A DNA stretch of 64,000 nt from Bacteroidia bacterium (GCA_045805205.1 JBJMLR010000001.1:120677-184676); one strand, 5' to 3'. Positions 48,779 to 58,423 are shown, counted from the stretch's first letter. Numbers and translations are program-made. Notes: a model not told the origin generated them from the sequence alone.

Positions 48779-49399
48779 TTACTCTGCCGGGTTAACATAT
48801 TTGAAAACAAGTGCGGCAATGGCTGATCCTGCAAACGGCCCGGCAATGTATAGATACAGATTGCTCATGTTTCCGTGTCCGAGTATGCTGTCGATAAAGA
48901 TCGGTCCGATCCCGACAGCCGGGTTATAAGCTCCGCCTGAGATTGGCCCGCCTGCAAATGCAGCTGCCAGCACGGTAAATCCGATCGCAAGACCATAAAA
49001 GGAGTTGCCGGCTGTTTTTGAATGCGTTGCAACGTTGAGTACTACTGAGGTCAGCGCGAAGGTAAACAGCATCTCTGTCATCAGCGGTTTCAGGTTGTAG
49101 TGATATCCCGCAGCAGGAGCCGGTGCAAAGGTTTTTCCGACGCAGAGATAAACGACAACGGCAGCCAGGGTTGCGCCAAGGATCTGAAAGATCATGTAAA
49201 TGAATGCATCTTTCGCCTCGATCTTTTTGCGCATCAGGATGGCAAGCGTCACCGCCGGGTTATAATGTGCCCCGGAGATATGTCCGCCCATGTATACCAT
49301 TGCCATCAGGATACAGCCGATCGCGATCGGATTGCCGGTTAAGCCGATGACTAAAACCAGGAAAAATGTGCCAACAAGCTCGATGAGATAGTTTTTCAT
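48779..49399 (-). CDS. MIP family channel (aquaporin)
   Basis: Two NPA boxes (HYNPAVT, GAYNPAVG); 6 TM. Confidence 0.85.
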   Translation of the reverse strand: MKNYLIELVGTFFLVLVIGLTGNPIAIGCILMAMVYMGGHISGAHYNPAVTLAILMRKKIEAKDAFIYMIFQILGATLAAVVVYLCVGKTFAPAPAAGYHYNLKPLMTEMLFTFALTSVVLNVATHSKTAGNSFYGLAIGFTVLAAAFAGGPISGGAYNPAVGIGPIFIDSILGHGNMSNLYLYIAGPFAGSAIAALVFKYVNPAE

Positions 49400-49437
49400 T
49401 TTTGTCGTTTTAAAAGTTCATTGCAAATATAAATTTT

Positions 49438-49445
49438 TAAATTTG
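49438..49445 (+). promoter_or_regulatory. -7 box TAAATTTG upstream of the peroxiredoxin gene
   Basis: TAnnTTTG match 64 nt before ATG at 49509. Confidence 0.35.
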
Positions 49446-49508
49446 CGGACATAGCCATCCTCTTTGGATTTTATTAACTTTTATTCATACTTATAAAAAA
49501 TCAATCAC

Positions 49509-49979
49509 ATGAGCACTCTAGTCGGACAAAAAGCCCCTTTATTCTCTCTTAAGGATTCAGATAAGAACCTTGTTAATCTTGCCGACTACAAAGGCAAGAA
49601 CGTCGTATTGCTATTCTTTCCTGCTGCATTCACAGGCACCTGCACCAAAGAGTTGTGCCAAACCCGTGACGAGCTGTCGTACTATAATGATCTGAATGCA
49701 GTTGTATTCGGAATTTCAGTGGACATGCCCTTCACGCTTGCAAAGTTCAAGGAAATGAACAATTACAATTTTCAGCTGCTTTCTGATTTCAATAAAGAAG
49801 CGTCAACTGCCTACAACTGCATCTACAAAGAGTGGATCCACGGTCTGCGTGGCGTCAGCAAGCGCGCTTCATTCGTGATCGATAAGGAAGGTGTTGTCCG
49901 TTTTGAGGAGATCCTGGAAGATGCCGGTTCTTATCCGAACTTCGATGCATTGAAAGATGCTTTGAACAAGCTGAAGTAA
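49509..49979 (+). CDS. peroxiredoxin, BCP/PrxQ-like (AhpC/TSA family)
   Basis: FTGTCTKELC active site with C-x4-C spacing; thioredoxin fold. Confidence 0.75.
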   Translation: MSTLVGQKAPLFSLKDSDKNLVNLADYKGKNVVLLFFPAAFTGTCTKELCQTRDELSYYNDLNAVVFGISVDMPFTLAKFKEMNNYNFQLLSDFNKEASTAYNCIYKEWIHGLRGVSKRASFVIDKEGVVRFEEILEDAGSYPNFDALKDALNKLK

Positions 49980-50002
49980 AAATTGCACCTGATATTCTAA
50001 GA

Positions 50003-50029
50003 AGCCGGACAATGTTCCGGCTTTTTTAT
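50003..50029 (+). terminator. rho-independent terminator after the peroxiredoxin gene
   Basis: gccgga-caatgt-tccggc stem-loop followed by a T6 run. Confidence 0.55.
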
Positions 50030-50040
50030 TGTTTGAATTT

Positions 50041-50650
50041 CATGTGCTCTGCGCTCTCCGCGCCTCTGCGAGACTCCTTTTTTCTGCGGCACTTTACGTA
50101 AACCTCCGTGCCCTCTGCGGTTAAAAACATACACCGCTCTGCGCTCTCTGCGCCTCTGCGAGACTCCTTTTTTCTGCGGTACTTTACGTAAACCTCCGTG
50201 CTCTCTGCGGTTAAAAATATTACACCGCTCTGCGCTCTCCGCGTCTCTGCGAGAATCATTTTCTCTGCACTCGACGTAAACCTCCGTACCCTCTGCAATT
50301 AAAAACATACACCGCTCTGCGCTCTCTGCGCCTTTGCGAGAATCCTTCTCCGCGGTACTTTACGTAAACCTTCGTACCCTCTGCAATTAAAAACAAACAC
50401 CGCTCTGCGCTCTCTGCGCCTCTGCGAGAATCCTTCTCCGCGGTACTCCGCGTAAACCTCCGTGCTCTCTGCGGTTAAAAATATTATACCGCTCTGCGCT
50501 CTCCGCGAGAATCCTTCTCCGCGGTACTCTGCGTAAACCTCCGTGCTCTCTGCGGTTAAAAATATTACACCGCTCTGCGCCCTCCGCGTCTCTGCGAGAA
50601 TCCTTCTCCGCGGTACTCTGCTTAAACCTCAGCGCCCTCTGCGGTTAGAA
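50041..50650. repeat. imperfect ~88-bp tandem repeat array, 7 copies
   Basis: Units start at 50041, 50132, 50223, 50310, 50398, 50488, 50568 (periods 80-91); each carries several CTCTGCG heptamers and a TTTACGTAAA palindrome (intact in 3 copies). Confidence 0.9.
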
Positions 50651-50653
50651 ACA

Positions 50654-51370
50654 CTATACAGTGACTATCGCGAAAGCAGCACCCAAAATGATCATCACGA
50701 ACTTGATCAGGTTGAAGCGGTGGTTCTCGCTCGACTCAAAAAGAATGGTTGTGGAGATGTGAAGAAAGATCCCGACCACTACGGCCATGATCGTATCCGT
50801 ATATTGGGCGAGATTGAACAGCATATTGGCGCCGATCGCATAGCTGGTGAATGTGCCCAGCGGCGTTACCAAAGCAAATACAAAAAGCCAGAATACAGCT
50901 TGTCCTTTGCTGATATGCGAGCCGAGGAGCATGGTCATCAGTGCAACGGCGATCGGGATATTGTGCATGATAATGCCGGTGAGCAAGGAATTGTGCGATT
51001 CCGACGTTCCGTTTGCAAGCGGCATCCCTTCCAGGAAAGAATGAATGGAAAGCCCGATCATCATCGCATACGGAAATGCATTGTGCTGGTGGTCATGTTT
51101 ATGAATGTGGATATGCCCGTGCTCGATCCCTTCCGTAAAGAACTCCAGGAGGATCTGCGCAAAAAAACCGATAAGAATGAAAACACCTATGTTCTTCGTC
51201 TGCGACTGGTAGATCTCAGGAATGAGATGAAGTACGCTGATCGCAAAAAGAAATGCTCCGCTGAAGGAGAGGATGAGCTTGAGGTTTTTGCTGCTGATGT
51301 TAATGTAAAGCACGCTCGTTCCGCTGACGATAACAGAGAGGAAAAGGAGAATGTACATTAATGTGTTCAT
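50654..51370 (-). CDS. ZIP family metal (zinc) transporter, ZupT-like
   Basis: 8 TM; His-rich loop HGHIHIHKHDHQH; HNIPIAVALM signature. Confidence 0.8.
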   Translation of the reverse strand: MNTLMYILLFLSVIVSGTSVLYINISSKNLKLILSFSGAFLFAISVLHLIPEIYQSQTKNIGVFILIGFFAQILLEFFTEGIEHGHIHIHKHDHQHNAFPYAMMIGLSIHSFLEGMPLANGTSESHNSLLTGIIMHNIPIAVALMTMLLGSHISKGQAVFWLFVFALVTPLGTFTSYAIGANMLFNLAQYTDTIMAVVVGIFLHISTTILFESSENHRFNLIKFVMIILGAAFAIVTV

Positions 51371-51383
51371 AGTTTCATATTTA

Positions 51384-51469
51384 CGTCATCGCGAGGAAGG
51401 TACGACCGAAGCGATCTCTTGATAAAAACAAGATTGCTTCTCCGCCGGCGGGCGGCTCGTCATGACGGG
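51384..51469. repeat. nested-hairpin intergenic repeat element, copy 3 of 3
   Basis: cgtcatcgcgagg ... gaagcgatctcttgataaaaacaagattgcttctccgccggcgggcggctcgtcatgacgg; same architecture as 35652 and 42184. Confidence 0.7.
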
Positions 51470-51477
51470 TAAAAAAA

Positions 51478-52239
51478 TCATTCCTTCCTTCCGATCAGTA
51501 TCGCCCGGTCCGAGCTCGCCGCATCAAATTCTTCCAGCTGATAGCTGCCCCGCAAATCTACTATTTTTAGTCCGTTTTGCACGAACATTACCTCGAGCTC
51601 GCTCATAGTGAAAGCGCTCACTTTCTCGGTATAGCGGTGATCTTTTCCCTTATCCCTGAACTCGATTTCTTTTACAATTATATTCTTCTCCAGCCTTTTG
51701 TGAATGGTGAAATCAATGCCTTCGATGCTGACCCGGTATTCCGGTTTAAGATCAGCAATTACTTTTGTGGAATTCATAAAGTCCAGAACGAACGTTCCGC
51801 CCGGCTTGAGCGCTTTTACAGCTGCATGGATCACTGCATTGTTGTCGCGTTCATTTTCAAAGTAACCAAAGCTGGTAAACAGGTTCAGCACGAGATCGAA
51901 ATAATTTGTCCGGAAAAGCTTCCGCATGTCATGTACATAAAAGTGCAGGTGATCGTTTTCCGATTGTTGTGCACATTCAATGCTGTGCTTCGAAAGATCG
52001 ATCCCGGTAACGTCGAATCCTTTTTGTGCGAGGTAAATCGAATGACGGCCTTTCCCGCAGGCAAGATCGAGGATCCGGGCCTTTTTTTCCGGATGCAATA
52101 ATGCGAGCACATTATCCATGAATTTTTCCGCTTCCGAATGATCGCGGTTACGGTAAAGAAGATGGTAATAAGGTGTATCGAACCAGCATGCAAACCAATC
52201 CGGATGTTTCTCGTCCTGCATTCTCTCAAGTTTATGCAA
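51478..52239 (-). CDS. class I SAM-dependent methyltransferase
   Basis: Motif I ILDLACGKGRHS; DL acidic loop; size 253 aa. Confidence 0.8.
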   Translation of the reverse strand: MHKLERMQDEKHPDWFACWFDTPYYHLLYRNRDHSEAEKFMDNVLALLHPEKKARILDLACGKGRHSIYLAQKGFDVTGIDLSKHSIECAQQSENDHLHFYVHDMRKLFRTNYFDLVLNLFTSFGYFENERDNNAVIHAAVKALKPGGTFVLDFMNSTKVIADLKPEYRVSIEGIDFTIHKRLEKNIIVKEIEFRDKGKDHRYTEKVSAFTMSELEVMFVQNGLKIVDLRGSYQLEEFDAASSDRAILIGRKE

Positions 52240-52290
52240 AAATAGGAATTATTGATGCTAATTGTTACATTTGACTGAGAAACCCGCATC

Positions 52291-53691
52291 ATGTCAAAGA
52301 ACAATCAAATGGCTCCGGTTGATTGGCGAGACGAGCTGAAAGCTGCTGCTTTTCGCTATCATGTGCTCATCGCGTGGGTTGCTGTTGGACTCAACCCGAT
52401 CTGGGCCGTCGGAGATTTTTTCAATAGTCCCAATCACTTTTTCGATTTTCTTGTATTCAGGATCGCAGTTTCCCTGGCGACACTGATCGCTGTGCTGATG
52501 AAAGGAAAGCTTCGTCAGCGGCCGGAGATCATTGCGCTCGTTCCGTTCATCGGCATCTCCATCCAGAATGCATATATGTTCAGCGTCATGAACATTAATG
52601 AATTGCAAAAACATACGTTCGCTTATATCGCTTTGTTCATCGGAGCAGGAATGTTCGTGCTCTGGCGCCCCGTTTATTCCGTCCTGATCGTAGTCGTTTC
52701 ACTCATTGCCAACATCGTTTTCTTTGCGCTCTTCGGACATCTGAAGGTCGGCGACATATTGATAAACGGAGGAATGCTTGTATTCTCCGTCGCACTTTTT
52801 ACGATCCTGCTGATCCATACCCGCTATAATCTGAATAAAAAAGAAATTATTGCCCGTCTTGCACTTGCCGAGTCCTACAAGGAGCTTGCTGTAAAGAACG
52901 AGATCATCGAAGAGAAGAGCAAAGATATCCGTGACAGCATTAATTATGCGCAGCGTATCCAGCAGGCGATCCTTCCGCCGTTTGAGCGGATCGACAAGCT
53001 GCTGAATGATTATTTTATTTTGTTCAAGCCAAAAGATGTGGTCAGCGGAGATTTTTACTGGCACACCGCTGTGACCACCACAAAAGGAAATGGCAGCGAG
53101 GAAAAAGTAGTGATCATGGCAGCTGTGGATTGCACGGGTCACGGGGTTCCCGGCGCGCTGATGAGCATTATCGGAAGCACGATTCTCAACCAGACAAGCA
53201 CGGCAGTGAGCGTCAATTCTCCTGCAGATGCGCTTGGATACCTGAACAAGGAAATTACGAAAACGCTCAATTCCATTAAGGACGGAATGGACATGGCGCT
53301 GTGTGCGATCAATTTCGAAAAGATGGAACTGCAGTACGCCGGCGCAAACAACCCGCTTTACATTGTGCGCCAAAAGCAATTCATCGAGGTGAAGCCCGAT
53401 AAAATGGCAATTGGAGCCGACACGGAAGGTGCGGCAGAAAAGGTTTTTACGAATCATGTCGTTAAGCTTGAAAAGGGAGATTCGATCTATCTCTTTACCG
53501 ATGGTTATGCGGACCAGTTCGGCGGACCGAACGGAAAGAAATTCAAATACAAGAAATTCCAGGAGCTGCTGATCGAGATCCAGGACAATAGCATGGAAGA
53601 ACAAAAGCATATCCTCAACTATCATCATGAGCAGTGGAAAGGAAAGCTCGAGCAGGTTGACGATATCCTCGTGATCGGTATCCGGGTTTAA
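52291..53691 (+). CDS. membrane-sensor PP2C/SpoIIE-family serine phosphatase (SiaA/RsbU-like)
   Basis: N-terminal ~190 aa with about 6 TM helices; C-terminal PP2C motifs DVVSGDFYW, AAVDCTGHGVPGALMS, DGYADQFGG. Confidence 0.75.
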   Translation: MSKNNQMAPVDWRDELKAAAFRYHVLIAWVAVGLNPIWAVGDFFNSPNHFFDFLVFRIAVSLATLIAVLMKGKLRQRPEIIALVPFIGISIQNAYMFSVMNINELQKHTFAYIALFIGAGMFVLWRPVYSVLIVVVSLIANIVFFALFGHLKVGDILINGGMLVFSVALFTILLIHTRYNLNKKEIIARLALAESYKELAVKNEIIEEKSKDIRDSINYAQRIQQAILPPFERIDKLLNDYFILFKPKDVVSGDFYWHTAVTTTKGNGSEEKVVIMAAVDCTGHGVPGALMSIIGSTILNQTSTAVSVNSPADALGYLNKEITKTLNSIKDGMDMALCAINFEKMELQYAGANNPLYIVRQKQFIEVKPDKMAIGADTEGAAEKVFTNHVVKLEKGDSIYLFTDGYADQFGGPNGKKFKYKKFQELLIEIQDNSMEEQKHILNYHHEQWKGKLEQVDDILVIGIRV

Positions 53692-53828
53692 TTATTCCTT
53701 CACCACAAAAACACAAGAAGCACCAGCTCTTATTGATTTCTCCGTGCCCTAAGTGCATTAGTGGTATGAATTCCGTCTATCCCCTGATCCCCTCATCGCC
53801 CTCCTCCGCCACCTAATCACTTTTTCCC

Positions 53829-53836
53829 TATATTTA
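53829..53836 (+). promoter_or_regulatory. -7-like box TATATTTA with a conserved upstream element
   Basis: aatcactttttccctatattta closely matches gattactttttcctatatttg at 3040-3059. Confidence 0.35.
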
Positions 53837-53841
53837 CTTCG

Positions 53842-56800
53842 TTGAATAGATTTTGCTCCATATACACCCGCATTTGCCTTTGCATAACACTGGTTTCCGG
53901 CGTTATTCCGGCCTCTTTTTCACAGGAATTTAAGTTCAGCCACATCGGATCAGATCAAGGCTTGTCGATGGGTGTGGTTAACTGCGTTCTCCAGGATAGC
54001 CGCGGATTCATGTGGTTCGGGACACAGGACGGACTGAATAAATACGATGGGTACAACATCACTGTTTTTAAGAATAACCAGCTCGATTCCAATACGCTTT
54101 CGAATAATTTCATCAACTGCCTGTACGAGGATAAAAATGGCGAGCTTCTCGTCGGTACCAACGGCGGCGGTTTTGATTCGTATAACCTCAGCACCGGTAA
54201 ATTCAAGCATCACATCGGCTCGGGAGCCAACAAAAACAGCCTGAGCAACAACAATGTAAAATCACTGCTGGAGGACAGAGACGGAATGCTCTGGATCGGT
54301 ACGGATGATGGCCTGAACAGTTTTGATCCGAAAACCAGGCGGTATTCGCGCTACCTGAACGACAGTAAAATCGTCAATACCATTTCCAGCAACAATGCAT
54401 GGTGCCTTCACGAAGGAAGCGATGGAAAGCTCTGGATCGGAACGTACGGAGGAGGATTGAACTCATTCGATAAGAAAACAGGAAAGTTCGAACATTTTTA
54501 CCAGTTCAACGACCGGGGTGAATTGATGTTCGACAACATTAATCTCATCCGCTCCATTTATGAAGATGCGGACGGAATATTCTGGATCGGAACGTACGGA
54601 GAAGGTGTTCAGATCTTTGATCCGCATTCGGGCCAGTTCATCAGGAATCTCCGCAATAATCCGAATGATCCCAATTCCCTGAACAATAACCAGGTGATGA
54701 GCATCACCGAAGATATGAACGGGATGCTGTGGATGGCGACGTACGGAGATGGCTTGAATCTCTACAATAAAAAAACCGGTCGCTTCAGAAGCATCACCTA
54801 CGATGAAAAAAATCCATCCGGTATTTCCAGCAACCAAATCAAGTGTGTGTATCACGATAAGGTCGGATCGGTATGGATCGGCACCGAAGGCGGAGGTGTG
54901 AACGCGCATTTCCGTGCGTCCAATAAATTTAAATTCTATCGCAATTCCGGGGAAGCAAACGGCTTAAAAAGTAACATCGTTTATGCATTGCAGGAGGACA
55001 AGGACGGCTTGCTCTGGATCGGAACGGGGCATGGCGGGCTGACCACTTTCGACCGGGAGAATAATATTTTTCAGCATTATCCGCAATTGTCTACATCCGG
55101 TAATAATTCGATCCTTTCTCTGTGTGAGGACCGCGATGGGATCATCTGGGTAGGAACCTGGGGCGACGGTCTGAATTCATACGATAAGAAGACGAAGCGG
55201 GTGACGAATTACGAGCAGAAGCTGAAGCAGGCAAAGGAAGCAAACGATGCGGTATTCGATCCCGTGAGCGCTGCTACGATCGTTTCGATCATGGAAGATT
55301 CTGAAGGAAAGATCTGGGTAGGAACCTATGGTGCAGGCGTTTTCGTTTACAATAAAAAGACAGGAAAATTCACTAATTATGATGCATCCAAAGGTTTGAG
55401 CATCGATAACGTTTATAATGTTTATGAAGATGGTCAGAAGAATTACTGGATCGCAACGGATGGAGGAGGAGTTGTAAAATACAATGAATATGCTAATGTT
55501 TTCAGAATCTATGCGCGTGATGAAAAAGCGAACAGCATCAGTTCCAATTCGGTGAATTGCAGCTATGAAGATAAAGATGGAAACATGTGGTTCGGAACAT
55601 CAAATGGCCTGAACCGGCTGGATGTGAAGACAGGAAAATTCAGTGCGTACTTCGAAAAGGATGGATTGCCGAATGATTTTATATACTCGATCCTGCCCGA
55701 CAGCAAAGGAAATCTCTGGATGAGCACGAATAAAGGTGTCTCCAAATTTAATCCGAACATGACGAACGAGAACGGATCCGCGTTCAGAAATTATGATGTC
55801 AATGATGGTTTGCAGGGACTTGAATTTAACCAGGGTGCTTATTATCAAAGCAAAGGAGGAGAGATCTTCCTGGGAGGAGTGAACGGCTTCAATGCGTTCT
55901 TTCCCGATAAGATCCAGGATAATCCGAACATTCCGCCGGTGCACATCATTTCATATAAACGTTTCGGAACCGAAGTAATGCTCGATACACTGATCTACGA
56001 CAAAAAATACCTGGAGCTTTCCTATAAGCAGAACTTCTTCTCTTTCGATTTTGTTGCGCTGGACTACCAGATGCCGGGGAAGAATAAATATTCCTATAAG
56101 CTGGAAGGAGTGGACGATGACTGGTCGCCGCCGAGCACAACCCGTTACGCAAGCTATACCGAGCTGAGCGGAGGTGATTACATTCTTAGGGTCCGGGGAG
56201 CCAATAACGACGGGACCTGGAACAATGACGGCGTAACGCTGTACATCCGGATCAATCCGCCGTTCTGGAAAACGAAATGGTTCTATGCTCTGAGTGTTCT
56301 TACGATCATAGCAGGATTTGCGGGATTTGTGAGATACAGGACCAGCGCGATCAAACGGGAGAAGAAGATCCTTGAAGAGAAAGTGGAAGAGCGGACACAG
56401 GAGCTGGCGCAGAAGAACAAGGATATTACCAGCAGCATTCAATATGCGAAACGGATCCAGCTTGCGATCCTGCCGCCGCTGGAGCAGATCTACAAATATT
56501 TTCCGACTTCCTTTGTGCTGTACAAACCGAAGGACATTGTCAGCGGCGATTTCTATTGGTTCGGAGTGAAGGACGGCAAGCGCATCATTGCGGCTGTAGA
56601 TTGTACGGGTCATGGAGTTCCCGGGGCCTTCATGAGTATGATCGGACATAATTTATTGAACCAGATCATCGGGGAAAACGGGATCACGGAACCGGATGAA
56701 ATCCTGAATGCGCTGCACAGAGGCGTGCAGTCGGCATTGCGACAGGGAACAAATATAGTGGACACGAGCGATGGTATGGATGTGGCGATCTGCTGTATTG

Positions 56801-57177
56801 ATGAAAGCAATGCTGAATTGACCTATGCGGGAGCTTATCGTCCGTTGTTTATTGTCAGGAACGGGGTGCTGGACAAGATCGAAGCGGATAAGAATCCTAT
56901 CGGGGGCTCTCAGCTGGATGCGGACCGGAAATTTACAGCTCATAAGGTAGTGATCGGTAAAGGAGATACTATTTATATGGCTTCCGATGGGTATGCCGAT
57001 CAGTTTGGCGGCGACAAAGGCAAAAAATTCATGATAAAACGCTTCCATGAGCTCATTCTGTCTATGCAGCAGGAGCCGATGGAAGAGCAGTGCCGTATAC
57101 TGGATCGTACATTTGAGGAGTGGCGCGGGGTTTATCAGCAGGTGGACGATATCCTGGTGATCGGGATTCGTTTCTGA
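53842..57177 (+). CDS. periplasmic Reg_prop beta-propeller plus Y_Y_Y sensor, TM, PP2C/SpoIIE serine phosphatase
   Basis: 1111 aa; repeated D..G.(L/M)W(I/F)GT..G(L/V)N.(Y/F)D propeller blades; Y_Y_Y domain; single TM (ALSVLTIIAGFAGFV); PP2C motifs DIVSGDFYW, AAVDCTGHGVPGAFMS, DGYADQFGG; start is TTG per the ORF track and is uncertain. Confidence 0.75.
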   Translation: MNRFCSIYTRICLCITLVSGVIPASFSQEFKFSHIGSDQGLSMGVVNCVLQDSRGFMWFGTQDGLNKYDGYNITVFKNNQLDSNTLSNNFINCLYEDKNGELLVGTNGGGFDSYNLSTGKFKHHIGSGANKNSLSNNNVKSLLEDRDGMLWIGTDDGLNSFDPKTRRYSRYLNDSKIVNTISSNNAWCLHEGSDGKLWIGTYGGGLNSFDKKTGKFEHFYQFNDRGELMFDNINLIRSIYEDADGIFWIGTYGEGVQIFDPHSGQFIRNLRNNPNDPNSLNNNQVMSITEDMNGMLWMATYGDGLNLYNKKTGRFRSITYDEKNPSGISSNQIKCVYHDKVGSVWIGTEGGGVNAHFRASNKFKFYRNSGEANGLKSNIVYALQEDKDGLLWIGTGHGGLTTFDRENNIFQHYPQLSTSGNNSILSLCEDRDGIIWVGTWGDGLNSYDKKTKRVTNYEQKLKQAKEANDAVFDPVSAATIVSIMEDSEGKIWVGTYGAGVFVYNKKTGKFTNYDASKGLSIDNVYNVYEDGQKNYWIATDGGGVVKYNEYANVFRIYARDEKANSISSNSVNCSYEDKDGNMWFGTSNGLNRLDVKTGKFSAYFEKDGLPNDFIYSILPDSKGNLWMSTNKGVSKFNPNMTNENGSAFRNYDVNDGLQGLEFNQGAYYQSKGGEIFLGGVNGFNAFFPDKIQDNPNIPPVHIISYKRFGTEVMLDTLIYDKKYLELSYKQNFFSFDFVALDYQMPGKNKYSYKLEGVDDDWSPPSTTRYASYTELSGGDYILRVRGANNDGTWNNDGVTLYIRINPPFWKTKWFYALSVLTIIAGFAGFVRYRTSAIKREKKILEEKVEERTQELAQKNKDITSSIQYAKRIQLAILPPLEQIYKYFPTSFVLYKPKDIVSGDFYWFGVKDGKRIIAAVDCTGHGVPGAFMSMIGHNLLNQIIGENGITEPDEILNALHRGVQSALRQGTNIVDTSDGMDVAICCIDESNAELTYAGAYRPLFIVRNGVLDKIEADKNPIGGSQLDADRKFTAHKVVIGKGDTIYMASDGYADQFGGDKGKKFMIKRFHELILSMQQEPMEEQCRILDRTFEEWRGVYQQVDDILVIGIRF

Positions 57178-57386
57178 TCAGAATGATCGGCGAAAATGAC
57201 CTTCCACCAGGATGAGTCAGCCTGCCCAGAGTCCGCAGTAGCGGATCGAAGGGATATCCTGGTGATCGGGATCCGTTTCTGATCAGAATGATCGGCGAAA
57301 ATGATCTTACACCAGGATGAGTCAGCCTGCCCAGAGTCCGCAGCAGCGGATCGAAGGGATATCCTGGTGATCGGGATCCGTTTCTG
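57148..57386. repeat. 105-bp tandem duplication (about 2.3 copies) spanning the last 30 nt of the PP2C gene
   Basis: gatatcctggtgatcggga(t/c)(t/c)cgtttctga recurs at 57148, 57253 and 57358; each full unit has the 12-bp palindrome TTCTGATCAGAA. Confidence 0.9.
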
Positions 57387-57545
57387 AGGTCTTGCCTGCA
57401 CATTTTTCCATTTCTCCGCGACTTGTTTGGCAAATTGTAAAATTTAGCTATATTTGAGGCTAGGATAAGATTTTTAACGACGAAACTCAATAAACAAAGG
57501 TCCGCCCCGCGGGTCCAATTGTGTAAATCATAAAAACCTGACAAA

Positions 57546-58391
57546 ATGAAGCGCATATTCCATTCAACACTCGTACTTATCAGCGCAGTTACTGCGCTTA
57601 CGCTCAACTCCTGTAAAAAGGAAGAGCCGGACACGGAAACTCAATCGGCCGTCGATAACAGTCTTTGTGAAGGCGAATTCACAGGACGCATGCCGGTCAT
57701 TAACAGCATTGCGATCAAGGAACAGGGCGTAAAGTCGATGATGTCGGCAATGGCTACGATGTCTGGACAGCCTACTATCATTATCAACCCGGCAGATACG
57801 CTGGACGGTTTCCCGGTGACGATGATCCTGGATTACGGAACCGGAACAACCGACTCGATCGATGGAAAGGTCCGCAAAGGGCAGGTATCCTGCAAATTCA
57901 GCAATTCCTGGGATACGATCGGAAGCAACATTACGGTTAAGCTGATCAATTACTGGGTTGCGAAGAGCGCCGGTGCCCCATGGTGGAAATATGCATGTGA
58001 CAGTATCATGATCAAGCATACTGCGGCGTATTCGTATACGAACCAGATCATCGGAGGACACTGTAATAATTCGGCCGGAGATGTGAACCTGGATTGGGCA
58101 GCAACCAGAACGCTGACACAGACAGCGGGAATGGGCGACTACAACCCTTATAACGATGTGTTTGAATTCACGGGCAACGCACAGGGCAAGAACCGCGAAG
58201 GAAAACATTATACAGTAAATGTAACAGTACCGGTCATCAAAAAAGCGGCATGCACCTGGATCACGCAGGGAAGGATCGATCTGACGCCAGAAGGACTTGC
58301 AACCCGAACGGTTGACTATGGCGACGGAACCTGTGATGATAAGGCGACGCTGACCATCAACGGCAACACGTTCCAGTTTACAATGAACTAA
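57546..58391 (+). CDS. hypothetical lipoprotein
   Basis: MKRIFHSTLVLISAVTALTLNSC lipoprotein signal; Cys-containing body; no recognised domain. Confidence 0.35.
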   Translation: MKRIFHSTLVLISAVTALTLNSCKKEEPDTETQSAVDNSLCEGEFTGRMPVINSIAIKEQGVKSMMSAMATMSGQPTIIINPADTLDGFPVTMILDYGTGTTDSIDGKVRKGQVSCKFSNSWDTIGSNITVKLINYWVAKSAGAPWWKYACDSIMIKHTAAYSYTNQIIGGHCNNSAGDVNLDWAATRTLTQTAGMGDYNPYNDVFEFTGNAQGKNREGKHYTVNVTVPVIKKAACTWITQGRIDLTPEGLATRTVDYGDGTCDDKATLTINGNTFQFTMN

Positions 58392-58398
58392 AAGAAAG

Positions 58399-58423
58399 AA
58401 GGGCGAAACAGCCCTTTTTTTTT
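58399..58423 (+). terminator. hairpin plus T9 terminator
   Basis: aagggc-gaaaca-gccctt followed by ttttttttt. Confidence 0.5.

Noticed and set aside
49997-50308. Minus-strand ORFs 49997..50308 and 50026..50298 (103 and 90 aa)
   Set aside because: Their proteins are internally repetitive (RRGHGGLRKVPQKKGVSQRR repeated) because they read through the tandem array. They are antisense to nothing and have no start context, so they are spurious.
50041-50650. CRISPR array call for the ~88-bp tandem repeats
   Set aside because: The whole unit repeats with uniform ~85-90% identity. There are no unique spacer segments, no short 28-37-bp constant repeat, and no cas genes anywhere in the window. It is treated as a minisatellite-like array instead.
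52699-53628. 309-aa minus-strand ORF antisense to the first PP2C gene, and 232-aa ORF 55951..56649 antisense to the second
   Set aside because: Both lie entirely within strongly supported plus-strand genes carrying complete PP2C motif sets. They are antisense artefacts.
57062-57634. 190-aa minus-strand ORF with repeated GSRSPGYPFDPLLRTLGRLTHPG segments
   Set aside because: It arises from reading the 105-bp tandem duplication in reverse. It overlaps the start of the lipoprotein gene at 57546 and has no independent support.
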